Assembly (NCBI GenBank): GCA_043228905.1
Contig: JBHGNT010000015.1
Coordinates: forward strand, 7,564,001-7,628,000
Origin: Azolla caroliniana
Lineage: Eukaryota > Plantae > Polypodiophyta
Reading direction: 5' to 3'
DNA length: 64,000 bases
The notes beneath the pieces were generated by a model. The model was not told where the DNA came from. It searched no databases and saw only the letters and a list, made by a program, of their open reading frames with translations. The position numbers and the translations under genes are program-made. This document shows positions 11,681-25,013 of this stretch, piece by piece. The stretch's first letter is position 1; each line of letters opens with the position of its first letter.

Positions 11681-11975
11681 TAATCCAACATATTCATGGC
11701 TTGTTAATGATTAGTTTTATATTTTACTTGATTTACCTTCATATAGATCTAGTTTATATAATAATTGATATTTTAAGTACAATTACTTTATTAAAAATAA
11801 TTTTTTGATGTATTGTATTAATAGAATATTACATAATATAGACATTCTATTGATTTGGCTTTTGTTTAGAGAGAAGTTTATGTTTAGAGAGGAGTATATG
11901 TTTAGAGAGGAGCTTATTAGTTTTTTTCCTTACCCTAAGCACATAACTTAGAGAGCCCTATCTAGACCTTAAGCC

Positions 11976-14756
11976 ATGAGTGAAGATTCACCGTTCTCGA
12001 TTGAAGAATATTGTTTGTCATCAGACCCATCGTTTTCTACTGAGGAGTATTGTTTGTCAATAGAGTCACCATATTCGATTGAAGAATATTGTCTGTCGAC
12101 TGACTCACCATATTCTATCGAAGAATATTGTTTGAGCTCATCTACAGGGAATGTAAATAATGACACATGTGAAGAGTTCTCTATTGAAGAATACGATATT
12201 AATAAAGATACCGAGAATGAAGGAAGTGCCCAGGAAACATTGAATAACATTGGCGATGGTCACAACAGAGAATTAGACTGTAACGAGGTTACACCAACCT
12301 CTATGCAGGAAGAGAAATCTGGGAGCCCTATGCATATTAGAAGAATCCCACGAAGAATTCGTCTGGCTAGATTTAGCTCGGTGACATCAGATAAACAGAT
12401 TGGACTTGATGTCAACAAAATATGTTGTGCCCGTGGTTGTATGTCTATGATTGGAAAATCAAAGTTGCGAGAATTAAGGCGATACTATTTTTCGATGACC
12501 GGTGATGAGCAAGACACTTACCTCGGGTCACATATGCAACTAGTATCTGACAAATGTACGGGGATCAAAGTATCATTCGAGTATTATATCTTCCATGCGC
12601 AACAGATATGTAGAGTTGCATTCAAAATTGTGTTATGTGTTAGTAACATGCGGCTACATAGAGTACAACAACGTCTACTTAGCGGGGATCAGATGCTCAA
12701 TTGTAAAGAGGTTCCAAGTATGAAAGGTGCAATTGGAAGACTAGCTATTGGCGGGATGAAAACTTACTTTCAGTTAAATTGTGAAGTAATGCCCACTACA
12801 GGTAGGATGCATCTTTCTGATAATTATACACGTCGGGAAGTTTATGATGTCTATCGATCTGATATGCTGGGCTCACGTAATAAGTCTATTACCTATAGCC
12901 AATTCACAAGATTATGGAGAGCTCGGTTTTCAAATGTTATTATTCCTCGTAAAGTACGTATGGGGTATTGCTCCATTTGTGCAAATCTTAAAAGTTTGGC
13001 TAAAGGTGCAAAGACATCAATGGAAAAGGATACGAGTAAGAAGTTACTACAAGAGCATGGTGAGGCACAATCCTTAGAACGAAGGAAGGCGATGCATCAT
13101 AGAGAGAAGTGTTTGAAGAGGCCCGAACAATACATGTGCTTAATGATAGATGGCATGGACCAGAAGAAGACATGCTTGCCGCATATGCGGAGGCTCCCCA
13201 AAGATGTCAATGATGAGTGCCTTGTTCAAATGCACTTGGTGGGATGCTTGGCTTATAATAGGTCTGTTCGACCTCACGTCTTCATTACTTACCCCAATGT
13301 TCACAATGACCCTAACCTAACAGTTACAATGATTCACCGAGTTTTGATGTCTTGGGGACAACCTTTCCCCCCTGTTCTATACATTCAATTGGACAATACT
13401 GCTAGAGAGAACAAAAATTCAACTGTATTTGGCTATCTAAGTATGTTGGTCAACCTAGAATTGTTTAGGAAAGTGAAAGTCAATTTCCTTTTGGTTGGCC
13501 ACACACATGACCATATAGATCAGATGTTTAGCACATTCTCCAGACAGTTGTCTCGGCATGATGCTTTCACTTTACCTAAACTATTTGATGTCATTTGTGA
13601 TGCTTATACACCACGCCCAAAAGTGTTACACTTGAAGGAGGTATATGACTTTAAGAGATATATATTAGATGGGGGTGGTGGGAATGTTAAAGTGCTTGCT
13701 TAGTTAAACAATATAAGTTTCAATCACATTTTTTTGATAAAGAAAAATGGAATAAGTGGTTCTACACTTTTGTATGCTAAACAATATTCATCTTCTACAA
13801 CATGGGAACCTGAAGGTGGTTGCCAGTTATTACTTTGTATGCCGAGTACAATTGTCCATGGAGCTAAGCAAATGCCAATTGAGAAGAAAGGACAGTTGCA
13901 GAGCGACTTGTTATCAGAACAAAAACGGTCATGGGTCCAAGCCTTAGAAGAAAAAAGAAAGCATATTGAGGCCGCCAAGAAATATGCTGCACAACAAGAC
14001 ACGTCATGGTGGGATGTATTTTATAGTGATCAGAAAGAAATTATAGACAATTGTGTATCTGTTGATAATTGGAATTTGGAAACGCCATTCACATGGTCGC
14101 TGCAACATGATCGCGTAAATAGAAATCCGGAGCAACTAGTAAATGCGATTAATGACAACTTGGTCTATCCACAACAAAGAGACATTTATGTGGGACCAAG
14201 GATGACGAAAGCAGCCGAAGCTAGATGGCAAGGAAATTTGCAAGAGCTCACCGCGGGGATGTTGATTGCAATGCCGGCTGATGAGAACTCACATGGCCAC
14301 CAATTTTGGGTTGGTAAAATTCTAGAAGTGCTAATGCATGAAATAGAAAACACGATCAAGTCTATAAATGTTCATTGGTACAACACTAGAAGTGCAAATG
14401 CTTTTACAGGTAAGTATACATTGGAGATGATTGAATGCCAAACTAGAAGGGGAGGTAGGAAGAGGAAGCGAAACATTCGTAACACCTCGACCCTTGATAT
14501 CTCTGATGTGGATATCATCGTGTACGACTTCACACTTACAAAAGCCGGACGATTAAGGAAGTCAACAATAGATATAATAAAAGAAAAATTACCAGGTCTA
14601 CAAGGTGGCTCGAGTCAAAGGCAAACGAGATCTGCTACATATAATCTAGAGTCAAACCATTTGGTTTATGATGAAGATAATGCACTGATTGGTACATCCG
14701 AGGATGATGAGGAGGAATCGTCATTGTATATTAGTTATAGTAGTGATTCTCCGTAA
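11976..14756 (+). CDS. DDD-type transposase (Sola-like), ~926 aa, with one in-frame stop at 13701-13703
   Basis: ORFs 11976-13703 and 13734-14756 share a frame. Motifs CSICANL..H, LMIDGMDQKKT, LYIQLDNTARENKN and FLLVGHTHDHIDQMFS; basic NLS-like RRGGRKRKR; acidic tail. Confidence 0.85.
11982..12140 (+). repeat. 39-bp (13-aa) tandem repeat in the transposase N-terminus
   Basis: Four copies of (D/E)SP(F/Y)SIEEYCLS-like units, plus a further FSIEEY at about 12177. Confidence 0.85.
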
Positions 14757-15078
14757 AGGAGTGATCATGAATGTATATTTGGCTATTAAGTGTAACTACA
14801 TTCCACTTGTAACAAATCGAGTAATATAAAATCATGTGTTTTGAATTCTTATGATTTCTAAAAAATCATTTCTTATAAAATAACATTGGTTGTAAAGTTT
14901 GTGATATAAATTGAGAATGTATGTTTTTGAAATTCGTCTTTTTTTAGTTACTTCTAAATCACGAAAATAGTGGATTTTTAACCTTTTTCATAGTATGTTT
15001 GAACTTATATGATACTGGTATCAATGTGTTTTGTAAAATCATTGAAAAACCCCTAAAATTTCCCTTATCCTTCCATTT

Positions 15079-15114
15079 ATGCGCGATCCTTCCACTTGTG
15101 AACGCGAACGTGTT
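15079..15114 (-). repeat. Right terminal inverted repeat
   Basis: atgcgcgatccttccacttgtgaacgcgaacgtgtt, the reverse complement of the left TIR with one C/T difference. Confidence 0.95.
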
Positions 15115-15118
15115 TGGG

Positions 15119-16832
15119 GTATTTCTCTACAGTAAAGATGGACAAAGACTACTTGATCGGGTTGGAAGTGATAATTGAGACAGATTGTCTCCCAATCCTC
15201 GGGATGATCTCAGAATGTGCGACACCAGATCTAGTTATGCTAAGGTGGATCGCCTATATCAAGTCTTTAAACCTAGAGATCCGTCACATTGTAGGAAAGA
15301 AGAACGTCATGGTTGACATGCTGTCGAGGGCAAGATTTGAGAATGAAAGTGACATGGTTTTGGAAGATGGAGACGTCACCCTCAACTTCTTCAAGATGGC
15401 CTGACTATCGGCGGAAGACAAGGACACGCTAACCCTCCACGGCTTCAACAAGGACGAGTACGAAGGAGAGTGGTTACCGATTGGAAGATTCTTAAGAACA
15501 ATGATGGCGGATGTTTCGTTGACGAAAGAGGAGGCTCTACGAATCCAGAAGAAAGCTTACCAATACTTCCTGAAGGGAGGATTCCTCTAGAGACACCCAA
15601 AAAGAAGGATAGGAATGCCACGTTGACTGGTGGTCAAGAAAGAAGAGCAAGTGACGCTGATGACCGAATTTGACGAGAGTCCTTGGGCGGGTCATAGAGT
15701 AACAATGGCGACATTCGAAAAGTTGAAGTAAAAGTATTGGTGGCCAAGCATGTACAAAGATATACTCCATTTCTCTTGTCCACATGAGAAACTTGCCAAG
15801 TACATTCGAACATACGTCATCGTGATGTGTTACGGCCAACATACTCACTGACCATAAACTTCAAATGGATGGTGGATCTGGTCTCAATGCCAATGGGAGT
15901 GGGACAAATGAAGTACTTAGTACTAGCAAGAGAAGACCTGAGAAATCAAGTGGAAGGACAGGCCTTGGCAAATAAGACGATGTTAGCTGTTTGCAAATTT
16001 CTACTCGAAGAGGTTGTTTGCCGATATGGATGTGTGGGAAAGATAATAGTTGATCGAGGGGAGTTGGATGCACACGAAGCAATGGAGCTCTTCGGTCGAC
16101 TAGGCGTGAAGCTCTCCCTCACAACTGTCGACAATCCAGAAGCGAATGGGAAGATCGAGTGAGGGCATGGACCAATCATCAAAGCCATCGTACGAGTATG
16201 CAACGGTCGAGTTGGGAACTGGCCACGACTATTGCTCTATGCCTTGTGGGCCGACAGAACTACACATAGTTCAATGACAAGGTATATGCCAGCAGAGCTT
16301 ATGTATGGATAGAAGCCGGTAATGCCCATCAAAAGGACGGTCGCCTTATGGGTAGCGATATCGTGGGAGAACGAGATGAGCCGAGAAGAATTACTAGCGG
16401 CACAGATAAGGCAGCTTGAAAGAAGGCCTGAAGATTTAGAAAAAGCATGAAAGATGATGGAGGCAACCTGAGTGACGAACGTGATTCGGTTCGATAAGAC
16501 AGATCGACTGCCTACATCCCAAGAAGATTGAAGAGGGAGATTGGGTATTGGTCTACGACAGTAGCCTTGACAATCAACACAGGACGACAAGAAAGTTTGC
16601 AAGAAGATGGTTCGGACCATATGTGGTGACAACTGCCAACAACAATGCCACATACCACCTTGCGGAGTTAGACGGATCAAGGTTGGCCATACCAATTGCG
16701 GGAAAGAGAGTAAAGATTTTCAAGAAAAGACAAGACAAGGATCTTGACCTCGATCACCTTGATGATGAAGATAGTAGGACTGCACCAACAGACTTGAGTT
16801 ATGTGAACAAGGACATGGAAGAATCTGATTGA
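15119..16832 (+). pseudogene. pol: Gypsy B pol 3' part (RNase H remainder and integrase)
   Basis: IETDCLP...GKKNVMVDMLSR; integrase KWMVDLV, VDRGEL, NPEANGKIE; C-terminal RWFGPY. Many stops. Confidence 0.9.
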
Positions 16833-16904
16833 CCACCGTAGCTGAAATCTCGCACTCTCTCTTCTTAGCACGTACCAGAGGACGTGCGGTTTGGTGGCGG
16901 TGGA

Positions 16905-17234
16905 TGTCGTGGAGATTTTCGGCAACGGTGCAAAAATTGCATGGAATGTAATAAATCAAGTGTGGTTCTTCACACACAATATGAAACCATGATAGTGAAG
17001 ATACTATTTTATATTAGTTTAATATCTTGGTACGAAAAGATAGATGTCTTCAAGAGCTTTCGAATGTACTTTACTACATTTGAAACAGACAACTAAATGT
17101 CAAGTTATGTGACTGTGAAGTATGAGAAAATGAAGAGTGATACAAAACTATGAGATATCCCACATAGATAGGACACCATCCGGATTCAAGTGTATATAAG
17201 TAGACCAATATCAAACCAGTCGGGATGGATGCGT
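16905..17234 (+). repeat. Gypsy B 3' LTR, first part (continues at 33418-34025)
   Basis: Starts tgtcgtggagattttcggcaac after the PPT-like tract and is split by Gypsy C with a GCGT TSD. Confidence 0.75.
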
Positions 17235-18695
17235 TGTCGCGTAGCGCGTGACACACGTCCCAAACGTCGGGATGTGCGCGTCACAAGCGGGGACAAGCAC
17301 CGAACCTCTATCCGCTAGTGGTTATGGATGATTGATGATGGGATTTCGGCGCCTACGGGTCGGTCGAACGGGACCACCGAGGTCTTTGACTGGCAAGAAC
17401 GAATCGGGTGAGTTGTGCTTATCGTCTGGTCGTCCTTTGTTGTCGAAGACGCACCCGAACCAGGCTCAACGGCGCGATGGATTGACGTATAGGCGGCTGA
17501 AATGACGTATTAATGTGGTTGAGAGAGAGAGAGAGAGAAAAGAAACTTGAGAAAGTGTTTAAGATAGATAGATAGATAGAGCTGAATTCCAATTTTGGGT
17601 TTGAATCCTTGACTTCAATTTCGAGAGACAAGACACATCACCAATAAGATTAACTAGGTTTATTATTATTATTAATTTTTTATTTGATACATAAATTTCT
17701 TAATCGATAGATCCATCCCTTTCTTCCCCTTCCTCTCCTTCTTATATAGATGCCCCCATACATATGTGCATGTGAGGGTGTAGCACATGCATACAATGCA
17801 TGGAATGCATGCGATGCATGATCGCCATTTGGCACTCATGCATCACATGTGATGCATGATGACCATGTACCTTATCTAAGTTGTCATGTACGAGCAGTTT
17901 CCTGTGAAATGTAGAATGAAGAAAAATAACTTTCAAATAAAACAACCTAGTCTAATGGTATGTCTATTACCTCCTATCTTGGAGGTGTAAGGTTCAAAAC
18001 CCTTACTTATACCGCATTGTATGTGTTAGGATTATTATATATATATATCTCTGTGTGTGTGTGTGTAATACACACATTGCATGTGCACATTAACCATCAC
18101 CCCTTTCATACATGTGCATATTGCACCTTCTCGATTTTCCTTGTTCCACGTGATTTTCACATCGTTGTCGACATCCACCCCCACCAAACCGTGTTACCCG
18201 ACCGACAAAGAGTTAAAGACCAGAATGTGAAAGAGATTGTTATTCGGAACCTATTTTAACTAAGTAGAATAGATTATAATTAAGTAGTGAACGGACGGAC
18301 CGGAATCGGTATGCCAATCCGGATCCGGACCTGTTCCGAACAGGTGCCGGTTGGCACCGTTTTGTACACAGCATCGGTGACCTATATAAAAGCCCAGTTA
18401 CAATGTAGAACTTTAACGGAGAATTAATATAAGCTTCTTGTTTTATCTTCACGTATTGATTACCGTTCTGTATTAATTGTTATATCTTATGTGTGTATTA
18501 AGTGAATGCCATATTGCTAAGAAGCCAATTAAGTCGGATTAATCGTTGTGTCTTAAGTTATCTCGCCGTAACACCCCTTTGGTGAAGTGTCTTCCGTAGA
18601 CACCCTGTGTTAGGCCATTGTCCGGCCCTAAGGATTAACACAGTTTTTGGCGACCACGATTCCTGCACAATCGCAGCGAACAACGGCGGGAATGG

Positions 18696-21600
18696 ATGAC
18701 GCGATCAACCAACGACCCGGTTACGCAGCAGGAAAGGAGACTTGTTGAATGGCTAAGGAAGCGAGAGGCTTTCCAACAAGCGCTAGAAGAAATCAGAGCG
18801 GATCGCTCATTTTCCAAATTGATCCGGAGAGTGGCCAAGGAGTCACTTTGGTTACCACAAAATGACTACCCACCCGGACGAAGGAAGCAGCCTAAGCAGC
18901 CTCCGGGAAGCGGAATCCCTTCTCCAAACATTGGCAATAAACAAAGGCGAATCCGAAGCATTTTCGGGATTTGAATCGGGTTTGGACGTGGAATACATCG
19001 CGCAGACATACTACCGCAGTAGTAACGACACCCAGACGGACCAGAGGACGAGGAGTCGGATACCTTGCCGACACAGAACCAAAATTGACAAGGTTGGAAC
19101 CTCCGGCACCGGAAGTCGCGGAGGAGAGGCCTCCAACACCGACAGAGAAGCGGGACAGACCTCCGAAACCGACAGAGGAGGAGGAAAGACCACCGACACC
19201 AGCAGCCTGTGTACCGACACCAGACGACGATATGCCGTTCCAATATCCCAGATACCGGGATGATCCGGATGCGGAAGCCCACGTCCATGCGTTTCAACAA
19301 ATCTAGGAGGTAAACCATGTGTCCCAACGCTTAAATGCAGCCGAAGAGGAACGCTCAAAAAGGGCAGAGTTCGGCATGACCTTGGAGGGACCGGCCGCTA
19401 GATGGCACCGAACACAAGATCGTAGCACCATCCCCACGTTTGAAACATTGAAAACAAAATTCTTGCATTTCTTTCACAAGGAGATGGACCAGTGGGAAAT
19501 GGTAGGCTTATTTTATAGTATCCGGTAGGAACCAACAGAGAACATTCAACAGTTTGTCATTCAGTTCCAGCGGATCCACAGTCAGCTCAGCCGGACACCA
19601 CCGGAGGAAGAAACATAGGCCATATTCTTAGCAGCACTCCGGGAACCCCTACGAACGGTGTGCACCGTCATTGATTTCCGCACTAGCAGCATAGATCAAG
19701 TGATCAACCGAGTTAGGGAAACGGAAAACTCAAGTTCATGGTTAACCATGGGCGCACTTAAGCGTGCACTACCGACAGATGACGACCTCTGTTTCTGGCA
19801 AGCAGTTCAATGTACGACACGCCTAAATGCCGGACATTCGGCGCTGGAATGCACCATGCGTTCCCAATGCTTCCTCTGCCACTCCAGAAGTCATACAATG
19901 GAACGGTGTGAGTATAACTTGTTAAATCGGCAAGCACCACCGGTCCAAAAAATTGAACCATGACGCAACCGGGAGGAAGAAGAAGAACGCTAGCAATGAG
20001 AGGAGCGCTATCGGCCGACACAAGATGTCCGGTACAACGATCGAAGAGACGCTTATGACCGGTATGACAGACATGATAGATACCGGGACTATAATGGACG
20101 GTACGAGAGATACAACCGGGATCACTCCCCTGGTTACAACCAACGACGAGACGACAATGGCAAGTATGACGACCAACACCGTCAAGGTTACCGCAACAAA
20201 AAGAATATCAATAAGAAACGTCATTTCAACAAAAAGGGGGGTCATCCACGGGAACCGGAAAAGGGCATTCCGAGCAGCCAACCAGACCAAAACCAAGCAC
20301 TTACCCCCGGACCTCCACCAAGCATACACGCCGAATCTAGCAACACCTGGAAGCCGTACTACTATTATTGTTGGCAAGAAGGCCACTATAGTAATCAATG
20401 TCTGGCGAAGAGCTACAACAAGCGACCAACGGTGAACATGGTAGACGCGGAAGTCGCGGACATACCACAAGTCACTACAAGATCAAAGGGCAAAGCCACA
20501 GAGTGGGAAACTCAAGAAGTCATCCGGAAGCAGGCAACCGAATGGGTGAAGAAGGCAAACGAGTGGAATGCGGCAGAGCTTGAACAACAAAAGGAGAATG
20601 CCGAAGAGCTCACCGGCCCGGGGTAGCCCGAAAACCCAACCTGGCAGGTGTTGCAAGAATGCCAAATAACGTTGCCGTTAGGCCGGCTATTGCAACTAGT
20701 ACCACGCTTCACGGAAGAACTGAAGACAGGAAGGATGACAGCCGACACACCACCGACTCCGGCATTCTTTTCAAATCGGAGGAAGGACCGGTAGTGGTGG
20801 ACACGAGCAGTCCGGCAATCACAGCCACCGTGAAAAGTAATGAGCTACCCGACACGATTATCGATGGAGAATCCGGCGTGAACGTGATCAGCCTCCGAAC
20901 GTGTAACACTCTAGGAATCCATGAGTGGGAACCATGCCCCTTTTGGCTTCGGATGGCGGACACAAGCTCAGTACGGCTGGACGGATTAATACGAGATCTG
21001 GAAGTGACCATCGGGGGTCACACAATTCGTATTTCCACAGTAGTTCTCCACGTATAGGCTCAGGGAGGTTACCCACTATTGTTGGGATGCCCTTGGTTAA
21101 AACCAACACACATCAAGCAAAACTGGAGGAAAAACATAATTATGTTCCTGCGTAGAAAAGCGAAAGTACGAGTACCGACGCAACCACGGTCCGGTACCGG
21201 CAAGGAATTGACGTTGCTATATGCGAAATGTGTCAACATGCTGGAAGGATTGGCGGACGAAGAGGTCGATCAATACTTACAGGAAAATCCGAAGATCGTA
21301 CCTCTGTTCGAGATTGATGTAGCTGAAGCAGTATCACCGTACATACTACAACCGGAGGGGACCGACAAGGACCCGGATAAAGAAGCAATCCGGGAATTAC
21401 AGCAAGCACAGGAGGCACTGGAAAGAGAAATGGCTGTGTCGCAGCGTGTGAAAGCATCCCAACTAGAAGAGGTGAACCTAGGTACCACAGAGGACACAAG
21501 ACCGGTGCACATCGCCAAGGAAATGACCCCGGAGAACAAAACAGCAATGATCACACTCCTAGCAGAATTTCGCGATATGTTCGCCTGGTCCTATGAGGAC

Positions 21601-24378
21601 ATGCGGGGACTCGATCCTCAGTTGTATCAACACCAGATACATCTGAGTAAAGACGCCAAACCGGTAGCGCAACAACGTTACCGGATGAACCCAAATTACG
21701 TAGCAAAAGTCAAAGAAGAAATCAACAAATTGCTAAGGGTTGGCTTCATTCGACTGGTAAAGAAAGCCAGATGGCTCAGTCCGATAGTCGTAGTACGCAA
21801 AAAGATCGATAAGATAAGAGTGTGCGTCGACTACCCGAAATTGAATGCAGCTACGGTAACGGACGCCTTCCCACTTCCATTCACGGATGGAGTCCTAGAT
21901 GCGGTCGCCGGTCATGAGGTGTACAGTTTTCTAGACGGTTTCAGCGGCTATAATCAGATTCGGATGCACCCAACCGACCAGGAGAAGACTACTTTTGTCA
22001 CTGAATGGGGAGTCTTTGTTGCCATAGTGATGATGTTCGGACTGAAAACGGCGCCGGAAACCTTCCAGCGGATCATCATGGAGATTTTCGGAGAATTCAT
22101 TCCAGCATTCATGCAAGTGTTCTTGGACGACTTCGCTGTCTATAGACGGGAAGGGGATCACCTTCAGCACCTCCGACTATGTTTGGAGAAATCTAGGGTT
22201 TACCGGCTAAGCCTTAACCCAGCAAAATGCGTTTTCGGAGTAACTAGTGGAGCGTTACTAGGCCACATAGTGAGCAAGGACGGCATCACAGTGGATCCAG
22301 ATAAAGTAAAAGCAATTCTGGAGGCATCGGCACCAGCCACGGCAAAGGCATTAAGCCGTTTCTTAGGACAAATTCGGTAGCATAGTCGAATGCTCCGGTA
22401 TCTGGCAGATTTGGCTACACCATTGCATGCTGCGGTACATCGGACACCTTTTCGATGGATGGACACAGAGGACCAGGCTTACCGGGCAATAAAAGTATTG
22501 TTGTCACAAGCACCGGAGGTGCAACCTCAAGATTGGTCTAAAGAGTTCCATGTGTTCGTTGACGCGTCCGACATCGCAATCGGGAACACGCTGATGCAAC
22601 TTACAGAACCAAAATAGTACCGGCCAGTGTATTATGCCAGTCGGAAGCTGTCCCAAGAGGAACGTAATTATTCCACAACGGAAAGAGAGGCCTTGGGTAT
22701 GATGTACAGTGTCACAAAGTTTAGACACTATCTGCTAGGAAGGAAATTTTCCTTTTACATAGATCATTCGGCACTCGTTTACTTGGTGTCCAAAGCATCA
22801 CTCACCGGTAAGCTGGCTCGGTGGACGTTACTATTACAAGAATTTGAGTTCGAGATATTCCACCGACCAGGCATCCAACATGCGGTAGCAGATTATTTGA
22901 GCCGGTTAGATTCCGGCGAAACCGGTGACAGCATCCCAGAAGACTTCCAGATGCAGAGCTGTTTAGAGTTACAGCAGAAACGACAACAGATGGTAAGGTC
23001 GCAGAGGAAGACAAGTGGCTCACCAACATGCACCAATTTCTGATTACCGGCTTACCTTCGCAAGAGATGAACAGAGACGAAAGGAAACGCTTAGCGGTTC
23101 AAAGCCGACACTTTTTTCTATTACAGGACACACTGTACCACAAAGGCGCAGATGGCATATGGTGGCGTGCAGTGTGTAGCGACGAAAAGGAAATAATATT
23201 GCGCGAAGCACACTGCGGCGTGGCTGGAGAATATTATGCCACAGACGCTACCGTAAGGAAAATATGGCAGAGTGGACAATGGTGGCCGACAACATTGGTA
23301 CGCTAAAGAATGCGACCTATGTCAACGAATGGGCCAACTAACCGAACAAGCCAGGATGCCTCACTAGCCCGTGCTACCATTAGAACCATTTCAAAAATGG
23401 GGGCTGGATTTTGTTGGTCCATTCAAACCACCGGCAATGAGAACCGGCAACTGGTACGTGATTGTCGCTACGGATTACTGCACAAAATGGGTGGAAGCCA
23501 AAGCACTACGCGACAACACCGCGGCATCCACGGCAAATTTTTTATATGAATGCATTTGGTGCCGGTATGGATGCCCGATAGAGCTCATAAGTGACCAAGG
23601 TGGGCACTTCTTAGGGCAAGTAGTGGAAAGTTTGACGACATTTTATGCGGTGGTGCACAAACGGAGCACTGCCTATTATCCGCAAGCCAACGGATTAGCT
23701 GAGTCAACAAATAAAACACTACAGAACATCCTGCAAAAAATCGTCAATGAGAACCAGACGGATTGGGATACAAAGTTGCATAGTGCACTCTGGGCCTACA
23801 GAACAACATATAAAACAAGTATCCGCACAACACCATTTCGCCTAGCATTTGGATTGGAAGTAGTGATGCTGGTAGAGTTCCAGGTACCGAGTTTACGAAT
23901 ACAAATTCAGGAACACCTAAATGAGAAGGAATCAGAAGCTATCTGGGTAACCGTGCTGCGCGAATTGAAAGAACACCGGCTAGCCAACATCATGCACCTA
24001 GAACTAGAGCAGCAGCGAAGGAAAGCATTTGTGGATCGTCACCGAAAAGGGAACGAAAAGATGTTCGAAATCGGTAAGCCGGTACTAGTATTCTAGACCC
24101 GGATGGGGAAGCTGTCGGGGAAGCGACGGTTTCGGTGGACCGGACCATACTGGATTACGCGTGAGTTCAACGGTTCCTACCAATTAGGGACACTCGCCGG
24201 CGAGGTTCTGGGTAAATGGGTCAATGGGTTCCAACTCAAACCATACAATGGCAAGCGCGAAGCTGGTAAGAGGGAGCACGAGCCGGCAAACGACAAGAAC
24301 GACGCGACGGCAAGCAGTCCCACAGCCGGCAAGTCCCACAATCCGGATAGGGGTTCAGTGGGACCGGATGCGAATTAA
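18696..24378 (+). pseudogene. pol: Gypsy A gag-pol (zinc knuckles, protease, RT, RNase H, integrase)
   Basis: CFLCHSRSHTMERC; IIDGESGVNV; RT FLDGFSGYNQI, MFGLKTAP and FLDDF; RNase H FVDASD...YSTTERE; integrase WGLDFVGP, SDQG and YPQANGLAE. Stops and frameshifts present. Confidence 0.92.
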
Positions 24379-24817
24379 CCAAACCATTTTTATCAAAAAG
24401 AAAAAAAATCAAATCAAATCAAATCAAATCAAAGTAAATCATGCAAGGGCGAGGGGTGAACGGACAAATGCAAGAACAAGAAGTGAATAGGCACTTTGAA
24501 AAGGTACGTAGTGGGCTATTAATAGGATATTAAACCGCCACCACATGGCACTTTGTCGTGTGAATCTTCTCTCAAACTATGCAAAAAAAAATTTTAAAAA
24601 TGAAAAATAAAATAAGTACTTTATATTAGCTTAATGGCATGTTATATAGAAGATGTATGTTTGAGAAGATAGGGAAAATAGAACTATTATTTATCCCACA
24701 TAGATAGGAAACTTAAGGCCCTGGCTATATAAGCACCTTGAGCCCCCTCATTTTTCATTTGTGCTAAGAGCACTTTGGCCACTTTGTCTTGATGGATGAT
24801 GGTGGCCAACTTCCCAA

Positions 24818-24920
24818 AAACCGAAAACCCGCTGGTAAGCAAATTCGGAAACCGGTTGGTAAGCAAATCCGGAAATTGGCTGGTATGCAAATCCAAAAAC
24901 CGGCCGGTAAGCAAAACCTG
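24818..24920. repeat. 24-bp tandem repeat (aaaccggctggtaagcaaatcc), four copies, upstream of ORF3
   Basis: Visible in the DNA and as KPAGKQIR-like repeats in ORF 24789-24992. Confidence 0.75.
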
Positions 24921-25013
24921 GCCACCGACACCAACAGCCAACACTCTGGGCAGACGCAACAACAGGGCACCGGCAGCCAATGGCTCCGGTAGATTGGAGA
25001 ACAGATTGCCGGA

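Larger units (their letters stand above)
6109..15114 (+). mobile_element. Cut-and-paste DNA transposon (Sola-like, DDD transposase) carrying a ParB-methyltransferase cargo gene
   Basis: 36-bp TIRs match at 35/36. TSD TGGG at 6105-6108 and 15115-15118. Removing the element rejoins the host RNase H (KRELW|G...KMDKDYLIG). Superfamily assignment rests on the 4-bp TSD and transposase motifs. Confidence 0.9.

Noticed and set aside
6111-15112. CACTA/Transib/Chapaev assignment from apparent CAC...GTG ends
   Set aside because: The inverted repeat extends two more bases (AACAC...GTGTT), and only that boundary yields a TSD (TGGG, 4 bp).
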